NCBI RefSeq assembly: GCF_036321535.1
Contig: NC_087472.1
Coordinates: 101,248,001 to 101,312,000, forward strand
Direction: 5' to 3'
Origin: Camelus dromedarius
Lineage: Eukaryota
Length of the DNA stretch: 64,000 bases
Shown here piece after piece: positions 1 to 13,355 of this stretch. The first letter of the stretch is position 1, and each line of letters opens with the position of its first letter. A program made the translations under genes and the position numbers. The notes beneath the pieces were generated by a model. That model was not told where the DNA came from, did not search any database, and was given only the letters and a program-made list of their open reading frames with translations.

Positions 1-2324
1 ATCTACCTTGCAGGCTATTATTATCCTCTGGGACTGTGTAAAGAAATCCTGGGTGTAGAACGCATGTGATGAAACTAAGGGACTCACAGATTGGAAAGTC
101 ATGAACTTTTCCTCCTAGAGCAGTGGTTCTCAAACTGGAGCATGCATTAGAAGCCTGAAGGGTGTTGGGCCTTCTGCACCCCAAACCTCTCCTCAGGCTT
201 TTCTGTCTTGCTTGTCTCTTCTGCATGGTTGTCACCTCTATGAGGGTAGGCACTGGGGCTAACTTGTTGGCAACTCCATTCCAGAACTAGCACAGTACAT
301 AGCAAATAAAAGGCCCCCAACCAGTAGTGGAGGAAGGACAAAGGAGCAAGTTGTCAGTCTGTGGCTCCAAGGGCTAAGTGAGTGGCAGTATGCTTCAGTT
401 AAAGGTTTGACGATTGCCTCATTCATAAATAGCCTTGAGTGGGGTTCTTTGTTCCTCCATGACTCTATTAAGGTGAGGAGAAGCTGCAGCAGCAGTAGCC
501 TGTGCTGTTGTCTCCCAAGCAGATTTTGCCTTTTTTCTTTGGCTGGTATATCTTTGGAAGAGCTCCTGCGATTGATGAAATAGTTTGCATCTCAGAAAGT
601 ATATCCATTCTCCTATCAGGCAAAATTTATCTTGGCTTTACGTTCTGGGGGTTTAATCTATGAATGAATGTATTCACTTGATCACACTGGAGGATTTCAT
701 TGCAGAGAGCTGCTGCCCATTTGAGAAAGTGCATGGACTATATTTCCTCTCAGCAGAGCTTCCCTGCAGAACATAAAGCACAGGGTTCGCAGCAGTCAGC
801 AATCACTTCTCAGGGCTGGCCCCACGCAGAGGCTGAGAAGGTAACCTTCTCCTGGTGTGAGGGGAGGCCTTGGGGCACTGGCAAGGCCTTGAAAGCAGCT
901 GTTAAAAAACAAATGTTATCTGGGAAAGAAGAAGATGGGTTCAAAGAGACAAATTCTGTATACTGGGCAATTTTGCCCAGGGCAGGCTCTGAATTCTCTC
1001 TCTGTGAAGTAAGAAGTTTGGTATTAACAATTCCAAAGAGTCATTCTGATTTCAACAGCTTTGAAAGCTGACAGTAGGGGTGGAGGCTGGGGAGGGAATG
1101 GTGGCGAACAGGAGTGCAGTGAGAATTCCACACAGCACCAGTGTGGGGCTGCCAGAGAACCTCGAGAAGGCAGGAGGCTGGCTGCATTTGGGTTACCTTC
1201 CCAGATCTCTGACAAGACAGGGCATCGGCTCCCAGATCACTGCCCATTTGGGTATCCTTTGGAGGCCTGAGCTATATCCGATTTCGATTTCTTGGGTTAA
1301 TTTATACTCCACTATAAACAAACTCTTGTAAAAGCTGAGAACGAGCAAGGATAAAGAAGCTGTTTTTCCATTACAGTCTCTTTCTTCTGATTGGTTGTGA
1401 AGTTTTTCAATAACAGAGACCCCACATTTTGCCCTGGGGATCTGGGCGTTATGTACTGAGGAGGTGAGGGACAATTTAGCATGAGCCTGCTCCATGCTTG
1501 GCTCCGTGTTGGGGGCCTTCACTTGTATTGAAGTAGGGGGAGGGGGAAGTTTAACATCCCCCACCCCCCACCTCCATTCCCCCTGACCTGGAGTTAACCA
1601 TAATCCACAGTGTGGTGCAATGCGGGAAAATGTAAACACAGCTATGTGGCCAGCCTAGGCCTCTCAAACTCGAGTTAATTGCTGCCTAAATCTCCATACT
1701 CAGCTGATGTTTCAGTATCAATCTATTCTCTAACTGAAGTCTTAAATTTTACTTGGAGTACTGGGGGAGATGTGGTGTCTCATGTGGTAATTTTCTGAGA
1801 GCTCTATTTTCCCCATTTCAAATCATTGCTAATGTAGCATATTTGGGCGCCTGTATGATTTTTATTCATTAACCTCATCTAAACCGCTCATCTGAACTGA
1901 TCCCAGATCATCTCCACTCTTCTGTGTGTTCTGTTTCTATTTTCTCATTTTCATTATAAAACTTTCAGAATTGGTTTTCCTGCTCTGGGTTTTGAGTACG
2001 AGGCCTGCCAAAGATTTGGTTCGCTAGGTTCATTTCTTTGTGTCACCAGTTAGTGTCCACTGATGTCTTGGAATTGTGGGAGATCTGCATCTCAAAAGTT
2101 TATAACAAGTTGCTTGCATTTTAATTCCAGACATGGTAGAACATGAGAGTTTGCTAAATAAGCACACATGATTTTTAATATATATCTATATACATATAAA
2201 TAAATTTTGGGTTTATGATTGCTGAGAGATTACCTTTAAACTTTCTCTTTTAGTCTCTAGTTAACTATAGTTTATAGTTGTATAAATAGTTTGACACCTT
2301 TAAAATATTCAAGTATAAGCTGAG

Positions 2325-2850
2325 ATTTTTTTTGAGATATAATTGACAAATAAAATTATAAGATATTTAAAGTGTACATCATGATGATTTGATATATGTA
2401 TATATTGTGAAAGGATTCCCCCACCTAGTTAATTAACACATCCTCACCTCACATGTTTATCTTTTTAAAAGATTTTTTTGTGAGAACATTTAAGTTTTAG
2501 TCTCTTAGCAAATTTCAATTATACAATACAGTGTTATCAACTGTAGTCACCATGTTTTACATTAGATCCTTATTCACCTTATAGCTGAACGTTTGTCTCC
2601 CTTTACCAACCTTGCCCTATATCCCTCACCCCCCAGCCCCTGGAAACCACTTTTCTACTTTCTGTTTCTATGAGTTTGACTTTTTTTAGATTCCACATAT
2701 AAGTAATATCATGCAATATTTGTCTTTCTCTGGCTTATTTCACTTAGCATAATGCCTTCAGGGTCCATCCACATTGTCACAGATGGCAGCATTTCCTTCT
2801 TTCTCATGGCTGAATAGTATTATAGTGTGTGTGTGTATCACATCGTTTCT
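2325..2850 (-). mobile_element. L1 3' fragment (L1MA9-like)
   Basis: GAGATATAATTGACA..TCTCTTAGCAAATTTCAATTATACAATACAG..TTAGATTCCACATATAAGT..GGCTTATTTCACTTAGCATAATG. Confidence 0.85.
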
Positions 2851-3062
2851 TTGATTATGGGGATCACTTTATTTAGCATCTTTGATGTGGAAGGACAGTA
2901 CTAGATGTTACGAGGATGCAGAAATGAATAAGCACAAGCTTAGAGAGCCCACAATCTAGTGATTATGTGACACTAGTAAGAATAACATCTGATATTTCTG
3001 AGCATTAAAAATGTGCCACTATACTAAAAACTACTGAGTTGTACATGTAAAAATATGTGCCA

Positions 3063-3209
3063 GCTCTTGTAATAACCTGTAATGGAAAATAATCTGAAAA
3101 AGAATATATATATGCATATGTGTACATATAAATATATAACTGAATCACTTTGCTGTACACCTGAAACTAACACAACATTCTAAATCAACTATACTTCAAT
3201 TAAAAAAAA
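3063..3209 (+). mobile_element. Short L1 3' terminus
   Basis: TTGTAATAACCTGTAATGGAAAATAATCTGAAAAAGAATAT..TGCTGTACACCTGAAACTAACACAAC..CTATACTTCAATTAAAAAAAA. Confidence 0.85.
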
Positions 3210-3254
3210 GTGCCAGGCATTTCACATACATTTCTCATTTATTTATTTATATCC

Positions 3255-3560
3255 TTAAAAAATTTAGATATAGTTGACATAAAACATTATGTTAGTTTCA
3301 GTTGTACAATATGATTCAATATTTGTGTGTTTTTTGAAATGATCACCACAGTAAGGCTAGTTAACATCCATCACCACACATAGAGTTTTGTTTTCCTTGT
3401 GATGAACATGTTCGAGATCTGCTCTCTTAGCAACTTTCAAATATACAGTACAGTATTATTAATCATAGCCCCTGTGTTGTATATTACATCCCCATGACAT
3501 TTATTTTACAGCTGGGATACCACATCTTCTTTATTCATTCATCTGTTGTGGGACGCAAAG
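3255..3560 (-). mobile_element. L1 3' fragment (L1MA-like)
   Basis: ATAGTTGACATAAAACATTATGTTAGTTTCAG..GAAATGATCACCACAGTAAG..CTCTCTTAGCAACTTTCAAATATACA. Confidence 0.75.
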
Positions 3561-4309
3561 GGGGTTGAGATTATTATTTTTTTTTTTTTTGAGATTATTT
3601 TTAATTCTAAGCTTTATATCAGTAGCAAATTGTCACAGGAATAGTTTCCTATGGGGGCACTGAATGCACATTTGAGTTCATACAAAATCTAGGATGAGGA
3701 CAGAACATTTGAGGGGCAGTGAGTGTCTTGCCTCTGGCTCTATACTCCCACCTAGCACACCGATCCCCCACTTTTAGATAAAGACCAATCAAAGGCTGTT
3801 TGCAATGCCTTTTTTGCGTCCTTTTCACCTGTTTCTGAGTTTTCCACACCTGAAGCTTGAAGCTGGTCTTGATCCTTCCTGGAGGTTCCCCTAGATTCTG
3901 GTGCTCCCGTATCACCCACGATGGTAGGGGTCATGCCTGCGCCAGTCACTTGGCTAGTGCCTCAGTTAATGCGGGACAGAAGGGCATAGCCCTTTTCCCA
4001 AAGGAACAGGCTGTCAGGAAAATATTAGGTCCCGAGGGCCTAGGCTACTGGAAGGCAGACCCTTATTCCTGTGGCCAAGGCCGAAGGGACTGTCAAGATA
4101 ACCCATCTTTTGGGCCCAAACAGTCAGCGAGGAGGTCTGGGCCACCTCTGGCTGAGGGAGAGGGACTCGTATCTGGAAGGTACCTAACTCCATTGTAAGA
4201 CTTCAGGACAAGTGTGAAAGGGCTATTAGACTTGATGATGGAGCTAAACTGGAGTCAGTAGGATGTATTTCTACAGTAACAGTGCCCGGTTAGGAATTTT
4301 GAAAAGGAT

Positions 4310-4314
4310 ATCTA

Positions 4315-4365
<51 letters not shown>

Positions 4366-4379
4366 TTATTTATTTATTT
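4310..4379. repeat. Compound tetranucleotide STR (TATC)n(TATT)n
   Basis: Direct reading. Confidence 0.95.
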
Positions 4380-4885
4380 AAAAGCTTGGTAATTTTTGGC
4401 TGACTGAAACATTTCATTACAAAAGCATGTTCTATGACCTCAATACTCAAAGGAAGGTCTGTGAACAGCTTTGGCATCTCCAGGGAGCTTGTTAGAAAAT
4501 GCAGAGTCTCAGGCCCTGCCCCAGCCCTATTGAATCCGAATCTGCAGCTTAATAAATCCCCCCAGGTGATTTATATCCACACTAAAGTTTTCACGTTTCC
4601 TCTCCCCCACCCTTCTCTTTTGTTTTTTGAAAAACTTTTTATTTGGAAATAATTATAGATTTATAGGAAGTTGCAAACATAGCATAGAAGAATCCATTAG
4701 ACCCTTCCCTCAGTTTCCCCTAGCAGTTACATCTTACATAATTATAGTACTTACCACTTCTCCACAAGGCTACAAAACCATCATGCCTCTTAACTGAAAG
4801 CTAGTGCACCTAGTGGTGCTCAAATGCGTTGCAGGCCACCGTAGTGCCTTGTTCTACTTGGCAGGATTCTGTAGGTAAAGGAGAT

Positions 4886-5268
4886 TGTTGTGGGCACAAC
4901 GCGGCTGGTTGGTGACGTGGGTTGGTAGAAGAACTTACCAGAGGGCAAGGAGAGTTTAGGAAAGGAATTTATTAGGGTACACTGCCATAGACAACAGCGG
5001 GCCACACAGGCAAGAGGTGTCTGCATGAGCACCGAGAGTGGGCGTGCAGGGTCTTACTGGGGAAGTGGGCTGTGCACACAAGGAGTAGGGGCTACATGAT
5101 CAATTTGTGCACAGGTACCTGATTGGTTGTAAGATCTGTCAGGGACTCCTCTGAACAATAGGTTTTATGACTTTGATAAGGGCAGGATGTGAGGCCTGTC
5201 CACCTAGGGTATCGTGAAACCCACTATCTTCTGGGGTGATGAGTCCTGCCAGGGTAAACACACATCAA
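4886..5268 (-). mobile_element. Solo LTR, probably ERVL-class
   Basis: Starts TGTTGTGGG and is bounded by a 5-bp direct repeat GAGAT (4881-85, 5269-73). TTTATT (minus-strand AATAAA) at ~4968; ATTGG box at ~5122. Confidence 0.6.
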
Positions 5269-6369
5269 GAGATGTTTTTATCCTGCAGAAATGCAGGTAT
5301 GTGGAGTGGTCCTGCAGTGGGGAGTGGAGGTTAAGGTGCCAGTGGCTTCAGGCACACAGAGAACCTGGGAGTGGGGATGACTCCAGAGAGTACCAGCCGG
5401 CTCCACAGAGATGGTGCTGCCAGGTACACGGGGAAGGCAGCATGGCTCACAGAGTGATGGGTGCTAGTGCTGTGCAGTTGTCCTTTTGTGGGTTCTATAG
5501 TGGGCATTCAAATGGTCAAAGCCGAGAGGGGAGTTATGGGGCTGGACATAGGAGTGGGCTGAGGCCAGATACAAAAGCCAGAGAGATGGGAAGACCAGAC
5601 CAGGTCATTGGACTCTGGGTAAGTGCAAATGAGGAGTGGTAAGATTGAATGTGAGAAGAAAGGTCTTTGGGACAAATGTGGAATCAGTGTTGATGTGGAT
5701 GGAGATGGGAGAGAAGGAATTGACAAGGTCATCCTAGTGAATTTGGGTGCACAGTTTTTGGTTTTACATGAACTCTCCTTTGAAGGCTCGGAAAGGTCTT
5801 TATTGGCTTTAAAGGCACAGAACTCTGAACCTGACTGACTCATTCTGTTAAAACAAGGTGAGTTTGGGACCAGAGAATCTGTGTTTGATGGGCCAAAATT
5901 AATGATGGGTTGAAAAAACAGGAGAGGAGTGAGCTTGACAGAGCCAGGTAAAAACAGAGGCATGAAAACAGGAGGCCTTGCAGCACTGAGGACAAGGCAA
6001 GGGAGGTTGGGTTGAAAACCTGAGCCCTGGTTTAGCAGGAACAGGGCCAAAGGCTGGAAGAAACGCTGCCTGCGTCTGGTTCTAGGAAATCCAGAGGCAG
6101 AGGTGACTAGAGGAATCTAAGTTATAGGGGAATCCAGGAGCAAATGGGCCAAGGCCAGACTTCCTGCCCCACCTTGCATCAGAGGGCCTGCACTCTCAAA
6201 GTGCTAGGGGTTGTCAGTTTCCTGGGAGGAAATAAAGAGCCCATGAATGCTGAACTTAGCAAACTAATAGGCACTGGAGATGACAGCAGTGTCACTCATG
6301 CTCACTCTTCGTTTCTCCTCTGAGTCTGAAGGCCACATAGCTTGTTGCCTTTCTATTCAAAGGATGATG

Positions 6370-6830
6370 GGGATTCAGTAGCACCAGCAGTACCTGGGAG
6401 CTTGTCAGAAATGCGGAATTTCAGGTTCCACCCCAGACCTAGGGCAGTAGAATATGCATTTTAACAGAAGCCCACAGTTGTGGTTACTCTTCTGCACTTT
6501 AAAAGTTAGAGAAGTGCTAGCTTATTGCTTTGGCACACAGACATCCTAGAGATCTGAATTCTAAACCCTCTGCCAACAGTTGCCTATTCATGGAACTCTT
6601 AAGTTTCTTTCCTAGGTCTTGGGAGCGACTTATTTTCATAAAGGGCAGTGGTTCTCAACCCTGGCTGCCCATTAGAGTAACTCAAGGAGTTTCTTAAAAT
6701 ACAGATCCCGAAGCTCCACCTGGGGTCAGCTGAATCTGAATGTGGGGGGCTGGGATGAAATTCCAATTCAGTTGGTTGGAATGGGGCCCAAGCATCAGGA
6801 GTTTTAAAAGAGTCTAACATGCAGCCTGTT
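6370..6830. mobile_element. Two MER5A-like hAT MITEs (~6370-6520 and ~6645-6830); further copies at ~121-155, ~4440-4585 and ~27115-27295
   Basis: CCTGGGAGCTTGTCAGAAATGCGGAAT..CCCCAGACCT; CAGTGGTTCTCAACCCTGGCTG..TTAAAATACAGAT. Confidence 0.75.
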
Positions 6831-7854
6831 GGAAACCTAGGAACTGGGGTAAAAGGGAAGAGGAGGTAGCAGAGAGCGTATCTGTGTGAAAGGGAGGAGT
6901 GAAGGTTCAGAAGACCTCCAAATGGCCACAGTAAAAGGACCCTCATCTTGAGGGTCAGGCGTTCTGTGGAGAGGGCTCAGTGCTGAGCAGTCCTCTAGCA
7001 AGGACACCTATCACCAACCCACTGACCAACGGTCCTGGACCCTTGTTATCCACTAAACGGCAGATTGTGGATTTTGGCCACTTTAGGTGGGAATGGTTGT
7101 GAAGGGAGAACCTTTTCTCTGAAGCAAGAGGGGCCTGATCAGAACCAGTTGGAAGCCCAGCAGGGGGCCAGGGAGACAAGTTGGGGGACTCATTGCTGAG
7201 GTTCAGGGCAGAGATGATGGTGACTGGCATAGCGTAGTGGCCAAAGAGATTCAGATCATGGGGAGGTCAGGACTTTGTCCAAATCCAGGCCCTACTTTGC
7301 CTCCCTCATCCCTGTAGTTTGACTGGACCCCATTGTCTCGCTTAGCCCATCAGGGCTAGAAGACACTTGAGTGCTTGTCCATCAGTGCTCTGTGGCTGAG
7401 TGGCATCCATCCTTGACCTGATGTCCTTCATCTGACTTTTGCCTTGCTTCCTGCTCGCAGCATGCTGAACCTGGCTCAGGACTTGTTGCCTCCTTCATGG
7501 GACTAGAACTCTGCCTTGCTTGTACTTGTCCTCCTTCCACTTTATTCACCTCCTTCCCTGGCATACAGCCTACCTAGATCATAGAGAAATATATACACAG
7601 AAACTGCACATTGTCCTCTAGTATTCACTCTACCTTTCTTTTGTAATAATAAGACTCGATTTTTAATTAGGTTCCTTTCCCATGCTTCCATAAAGCTAGA
7701 TGTGGCCAGTGCAGTTGAAGGTACCCCTGCCAGCCCTCCAGGGAACTGAGTGGATTGCAGGGGCCTCACAGGGCTTTGGACCACAAGGGGACCCCAATTC
7801 AACTGAGCTGGAGGAAGGAGGAGCTGATGCTGTGTAAAATGTAACTTTTTAACT

Positions 7855-9295
7855 ATTTTTTTTAAACAATTGTATTGAGTTATATTTTATATACCATAAA
7901 ATTCACCCATTTAAAAATTTTTTAAATATATTTTTTCCTCCAGTTTTATTGAGATAAACTTGCCATACAGCACTATATAAGTTTAAGGTGTACAACATAA
8001 TGATTTGACTTATGTACATCTTGAAATGATTACCACAGTAAGCTTAGTGAACATCTATCGTCTCGTATAGATACAGCATTAAAGAAATAGAATTTTTTTC
8101 CTTGTGTTGAGAACTCTTAGCATTTACTTTCTTAACATTTTTCATATATAACGTGCATTAGTGTTAATTACATTTATCATGTTGTACATTACATTCCTAG
8201 TACTTATTTATCTTATAACTGAAAATTGGTAACTTCTGACTCTCTCCATCCAGTTCCTTCTCACCTCACCTATCCCTCCCCTGGTAATCACAAATCTGAT
8301 CTCTTTTTCTGTGAGTTTGTTTTGTTTGTTTGTTTATTTGTTTTTGAAGTATAATTGACCTACAACACTTGTTAGTTCCTGTTACACAACATAGTGATTT
8401 GATATCTCTATACATTTCAAACTGATCACCATGATAAGTCAGTCTAGTTATGATATGCCACCATACAAAGATATTATATAATTATTGACTATGTTCTCTA
8501 TACTATACACCCATTTTAAGTGTGCAATTTAATGACTTTCTAGTAAATTTACTGAGTTGTGCAACCATCACTGTACTCCAGTTTCTAGCACCCCCATAAC
8601 ATCCTTCATACTCATTTACAGTTGATCTATCTTCCCACTTCAGCTCTGGGCAACAACTAATCTTTCAGTCTCTATAGAGTTGCATTTTCTGGACATTTCA
8701 TATAAATGGAGCAGCCTTTTGCAACTGACTTCTTTCACTTAGCATCATGCTTTTGAGATTCACTCATGTTCTAGCATGTATTATTATTTCATTCCTTTTT
8801 ATTTTGGATAAGTATTCTGTTGTTGTGGTTGCGCCACATTTTATCTGTCCATTCACCAGTTGATGAACATTTGGGTTGTTTCCACCTTTTGTTTATTATA
8901 AATAATGCTGCTATGAACATTGACATGTGACTCTTTGTGTGGACTTGTGTTTTCATTTCTCTTGAGTAGATGATACCCAAGAGTGGAATTGCTAGGTCGT
9001 AGGGTAAATTTTGGTTTCAAGTTTAAAGATGTTGCAGACCTGTTTTCCAAATTGGCTGTACCATTTTACATTCTCACCAGCAGTGTAATGAGAGTCCCAG
9101 TTCCTTCACATCCTTAACCCATATTTATTATTGTCTGTTTTTTTTTTTTATTATTGCCATTTCAGTGGGTATGAAATGGTGTCTCATTATGGTGATGATT
9201 TGTATTTCTCTGATAACTAATGATGTTGAGCATCTTTTCATGTGGTTATTGGCCACTCATATATCTTCTTTGCCAAAATATCTATTCAAATGTAC
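7855..9295 (-). mobile_element. Old L1 (L1MB-like) 3' fragment interrupted by a younger L1 3' end at 7913-8507
   Basis: Outer element translates to MFIAALFII..WKQPKCSSTGEW (8789-8980, minus strand). Inner element is bounded by the direct repeat CACCCATTT (7904-12, 8508-16). Confidence 0.85.
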
Positions 9296-11113
9296 AGAAT
9301 TGTTGTGTTTAAAAGTATATATGAGGTGACTACCAGCTCATCCTGCCTCTGGGCACCTAAACAGGATGACTCTTTCCAAGATGAGTCCAAGTCCCTCAGG
9401 CTGGTGGTGGGCTGGGATTTCCTGGAGACTAGCTCTTGCATCTGTCACTTAAACCCTTTTCACTTGAGGATTAGGGAGCAATTGTGTAAACTGCTGAACT
9501 AGAAGAAAAGTATGTTGGTTAAAATAAATGCTTGGTTCGTTTTCTGTGAATTACATTTTTCTTTTCTCATTTTTTTTAAGCAAGTTAACTTTCTGTGGAA
9601 AGAAAAATCACCAAGCTAAGGTTGGATTTATTTAGCTGTTATTCAGATATATGCATATTTTAAAAGATGGGGATTTCAATTGTTTTCTCTTTATGCCTTG
9701 TTTTCCTTTACATTCTGAATACCCACATCTCCAAGTGAACTGGCACATTCCAAGCAGTTTTCATTTGTGTGACTGTGATTAACAAATGCTGCCACTAAGA
9801 AGGGCCCTGCCACTTCTTAGATGAGGAATAGAGATGGCACATAGTGAATAAGAATAAATTTCAGACTACCAAATAGCAATGCATCATTAGTGGGATAGTA
9901 CGTAGGGCTAATGGCATTAGGGATAATGGAGAAGCGGTGATGAATGGGAACCAACATGTCTCCTAGAGCTTTGAAGTATGGTCCTGATAGGCTCAGCAGG
10001 AAAGGCTGTATTACTAGAAAGCCCAAACCATTCCCCAGCACTTGTAGAGAATCACCATAGAGTTTACATTTGAACTGAAACCCAGGATATGATGGCTAGA
10101 CCTTTCAGAATGGCCTGTAGCATGTTCTAAATATGCTGCTGCCAAATCCAGCCAACTCAGGGGCTCAGAATGTGATGGGGGAAAAAACTGATTCTAAGAA
10201 CTGTCGATACCAGGAGAATGCAGAGTATCATTATTATTTGTGTCAAAGCTACCTTTAGTAGCCAATGGTGGCCACTGGTCAGCAGGAGGATACCGGGAGA
10301 GCCACAGGAATAGGCTGAAAAGGGCTGGATTCCAGATTTCCTCCTTATTCCATTAATCTTGCCCCAAAGATATTGAGGGATATCCTCCAAAGGGACACAG
10401 AGGGGAAGGCCCCAGCCACAAGAGATTCCTACATAAATTGGTTTATTCATTTGTAAAATGAAATAATCATGTAGTAGAGTTGAAGTGAGATAAAATGTAT
10501 GCATCAGGCTAGCAGAAAGTAGGCACTCAGTGAACAGAGGCTGTTACTATGCTGTGCTCATACATTCTGAGTGTTTAGCTTGTAGGCAAGACAGTGTACA
10601 TAGTTAGAATTTCTCTAGCCATTGTTGTGTCATTGATTGAGTCATTCCTCAACACACATTTTTGAATACCTACTATGGAACATTGATTCTAGATGCAGAG
10701 AATTCAGATGTATAAAATGGAGTCTCTATCCCCAGGTTGTTAAAAATCTAGTTAGGAAGTTAATTCTAGAAGACTGTGTTAATAACTATGGCAGAGGGTT
10801 GAATAAGGTACCATTGGAAGACAAGAAAGGAAGTGAATCATTGTGCCTGGGATTAAGGAGGGAGCAGAGTCATGGAAGGTATTCCAGAAGAGGTGATATT
10901 TGAGCTGGGCTTTGAAGGATGGATAAAAGTTCACTAGGTAGAGATAGCAGGGAGAGTGTTGCCAGAAGACAAAATAAGAAACTGAATGAATTCACAAGGC
11001 TGTGATGTGTTTGGAGAAATTTAAGTATCCTAGTAATTATTGTGTGGGCATAGGACTGGGCGGTGGTAGGATTGAGAAGGTACGGACTGAAAATATACTT
11101 CAGGGTGAGATTT

Positions 11114-11573
11114 TGTGAAGGAAAAGCTAGGCTGGTCTAACAAGATAACTCACAAGTCTAGGAATGTGAAGGAGGGGCTGGGCTGGCAGGATAACTCACA
11201 AATCTAAATATTGGAATACTGATCTGAGTTCTGCTAGACTAACTTGTAAATGTAGGTTAATTAGTGTTGGTTTGCTGTTCATGTTTTTTTGCTAGCCAGC
11301 TGGATTTTCAAAGATACATATCTGGCTTTGGAATGTTGGTTTGCTGCCTCCCCGCCTCCACTTTTGTGATGATAATGCTGCTAAAGCTGTTCCATGCCTA
11401 TTGGCCGAATACCCCAAGCTTGTACTTTACCCTGTAAAACCCCATGCGCACGTCTTGGAGGTGCTCAGAGCTTTGGAGCAGAAGCCCCTCTGAGCCCGCC
11501 AGCGTAATACATCTGAGTACTCCAACCCTCCGAGTGGTGCTTGTTTCTTGACTGGCCTGTCGTTTCCGTAACA
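11114..11573 (+). mobile_element. ERV1-class solo LTR (460 bp), relatively young
   Basis: TG...CA termini and perfect 4-bp TSD ATTT (11110-13, 11574-77). U3 internal duplications, ATTGG box, TGTAAAA, AATACA signal and retained CpGs; interrupts an L2-like fragment. Confidence 0.85.
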
Positions 11574-12659
11574 ATTTCAGAAGGCCCTAAATGGCATTTT
11601 AAGGACTTTAAACTAAACACTACAGGCAGAAAGAAAACAGAATGGGTTCTGGCAGGAGTGGCATGAGTATTTTCCCAAATTAAAAATGTTTTTTAACTTG
11701 CTAGGCGTATGTCAACTAATAAACATAATATAACCCAGTTGTCCAATCTCTTTAGAAAAATGACTTAAGGAAGGAGAAATTCAAATTTTAATCAGAAGCC
11801 TGATAGATCACCTGACCTCTGACCATCGATTACAAAAAAATTCCATTACAATAAAAACCATTATAAAGACTGCCTGCTACACTGCTATTTCTCTCTCTAG
11901 GCAGATGGCTTAGAAACACCATTTTCTTTTTATCTAGTCACAATAACTTATATACAATGGATAACCCTGTGCAATAAATTCCATCTTTGTTCCCTACGCA
12001 TGTAACAGTCCCTTTTCTGCAGGGAAAGCGACTGCTCCTGGATCACAGGCAGAAAGAGGAGGCTGAGTTGAACTGTAGCTGAACTCCATTTAGTTTTTCT
12101 CTTCAACTATCAATCCCCAACTATTCCTTGACCTCCCTTTACCATCTCCCCCACAAACATTCCAGTCCCTTTGTTCAGAAAAGCACATTGAGACTCCCAA
12201 ACCACCTACCCAACTTCCCAAACAAAACACTCTAACCCCAAATATCTGGAGCTCAAAAAGAAACCCCTGCTGATTTCCAAATAAGGTGGATTCTTGGCAT
12301 CTGAAGATTCAACAACTGCCATTCCAACTCTTCGTGAGTGACTCTGACAGTCATTTCTATTTTTGGTGGGGCATGAATTTCGAACACTGCGGCAAGCCTC
12401 TTACAGAGGGAAGTCAGACAATTGCTAACATCCATATCTCAAGGTGGCTTTGTTTTCTCTGCTTGACATATACACATTCTTGCTCAGGAAGTTCTGTTTC
12501 ACTGCATTTGAGGAGGAGTGCTATGTTTTATGGATATTAACCAAATCAAGAATTCATAGATGGTCTTGTGGTTAATACCTTAGGAATGTTGCAGACCTGT
12601 TCTGTTTCTAATACTTGCTGTTACTGAATGGGGACATGGTCCATGTGTATGTGTGTGTT

Positions 12660-13310
12660 CTAACCTTAGTTTTGAAAAAAAAATGTAAACCTACAGAAAA
12701 ATGATGGAAATAGTATGATAAACTTCTATAAACTTTCACCTAGATTCACTTATTAACATTTTTCAGAAGGTAAGACAATAAGGCCAAGTAATTGATGAGA
12801 CAGAATATTAATTAAGGTAACTCTAGCTACTCTAACAGACATCCAAATCTCTCTCTATATGTATGTATTGTTATCATTATTTACTGAACCATTGAGACTA
12901 ACTTGCTGACATTGTGACCCTTCATCTCTAAATATTTCAGTATGTAATGGCATTCTTTTACAAAACCACAGTGCACTTATCCAATTCAGGAAACTGAGCG
13001 TTGATACACCACCATTAGCTAGTATAGAGTCCATATTCAAATTTTCCAGATTGTTTCAATAATGTCCTTTAGAGTGATTTTTAAAAAATAGTCCATGTTC
13101 CAATCCAGTCTTAAGCACTGCATTTGGTAGTCAGGTCTTTAGTCCCCTTAATCTGGAACAGTTCTCCCTTCTATCTTTGTGAAGTTTCATGACACTGACT
13201 GATTTTGAACAGTACAGTCCCATTGTTTCCTAAAACGTTCCTTGATTTGGGTTTATCTGATGCTTCCTTATGAATGGATTTCAGTTATGCATTTTGGACC
13301 AGAACTTTAC
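12660..13310 (-). mobile_element. L1MC-like 3'UTR fragments
   Basis: AACCTACAGAAAA..TTCACCTAGATTCAC..CCCTTCATCTCTAAATATTTCAGTATG..TTAATCTGGAACAGTTC. Confidence 0.7.
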
Positions 13311-13355
13311 TTGGACTTTAATTTTTACTCTAGTTAACTAAGAATGAGATTTTCA

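Noticed and set aside
2129..2148. p53-like response element AGACATGGTA-GAACATGAGA
   Set aside because: The CATG cores are correctly spaced, but both YYY flanks are largely mismatched; expected by chance in 64 kb.
3649..4198. Possible coding exon in unique sequence with overlapping ORFs
   Set aside because: No recognisable protein similarity or convincing acceptor/donor pair.
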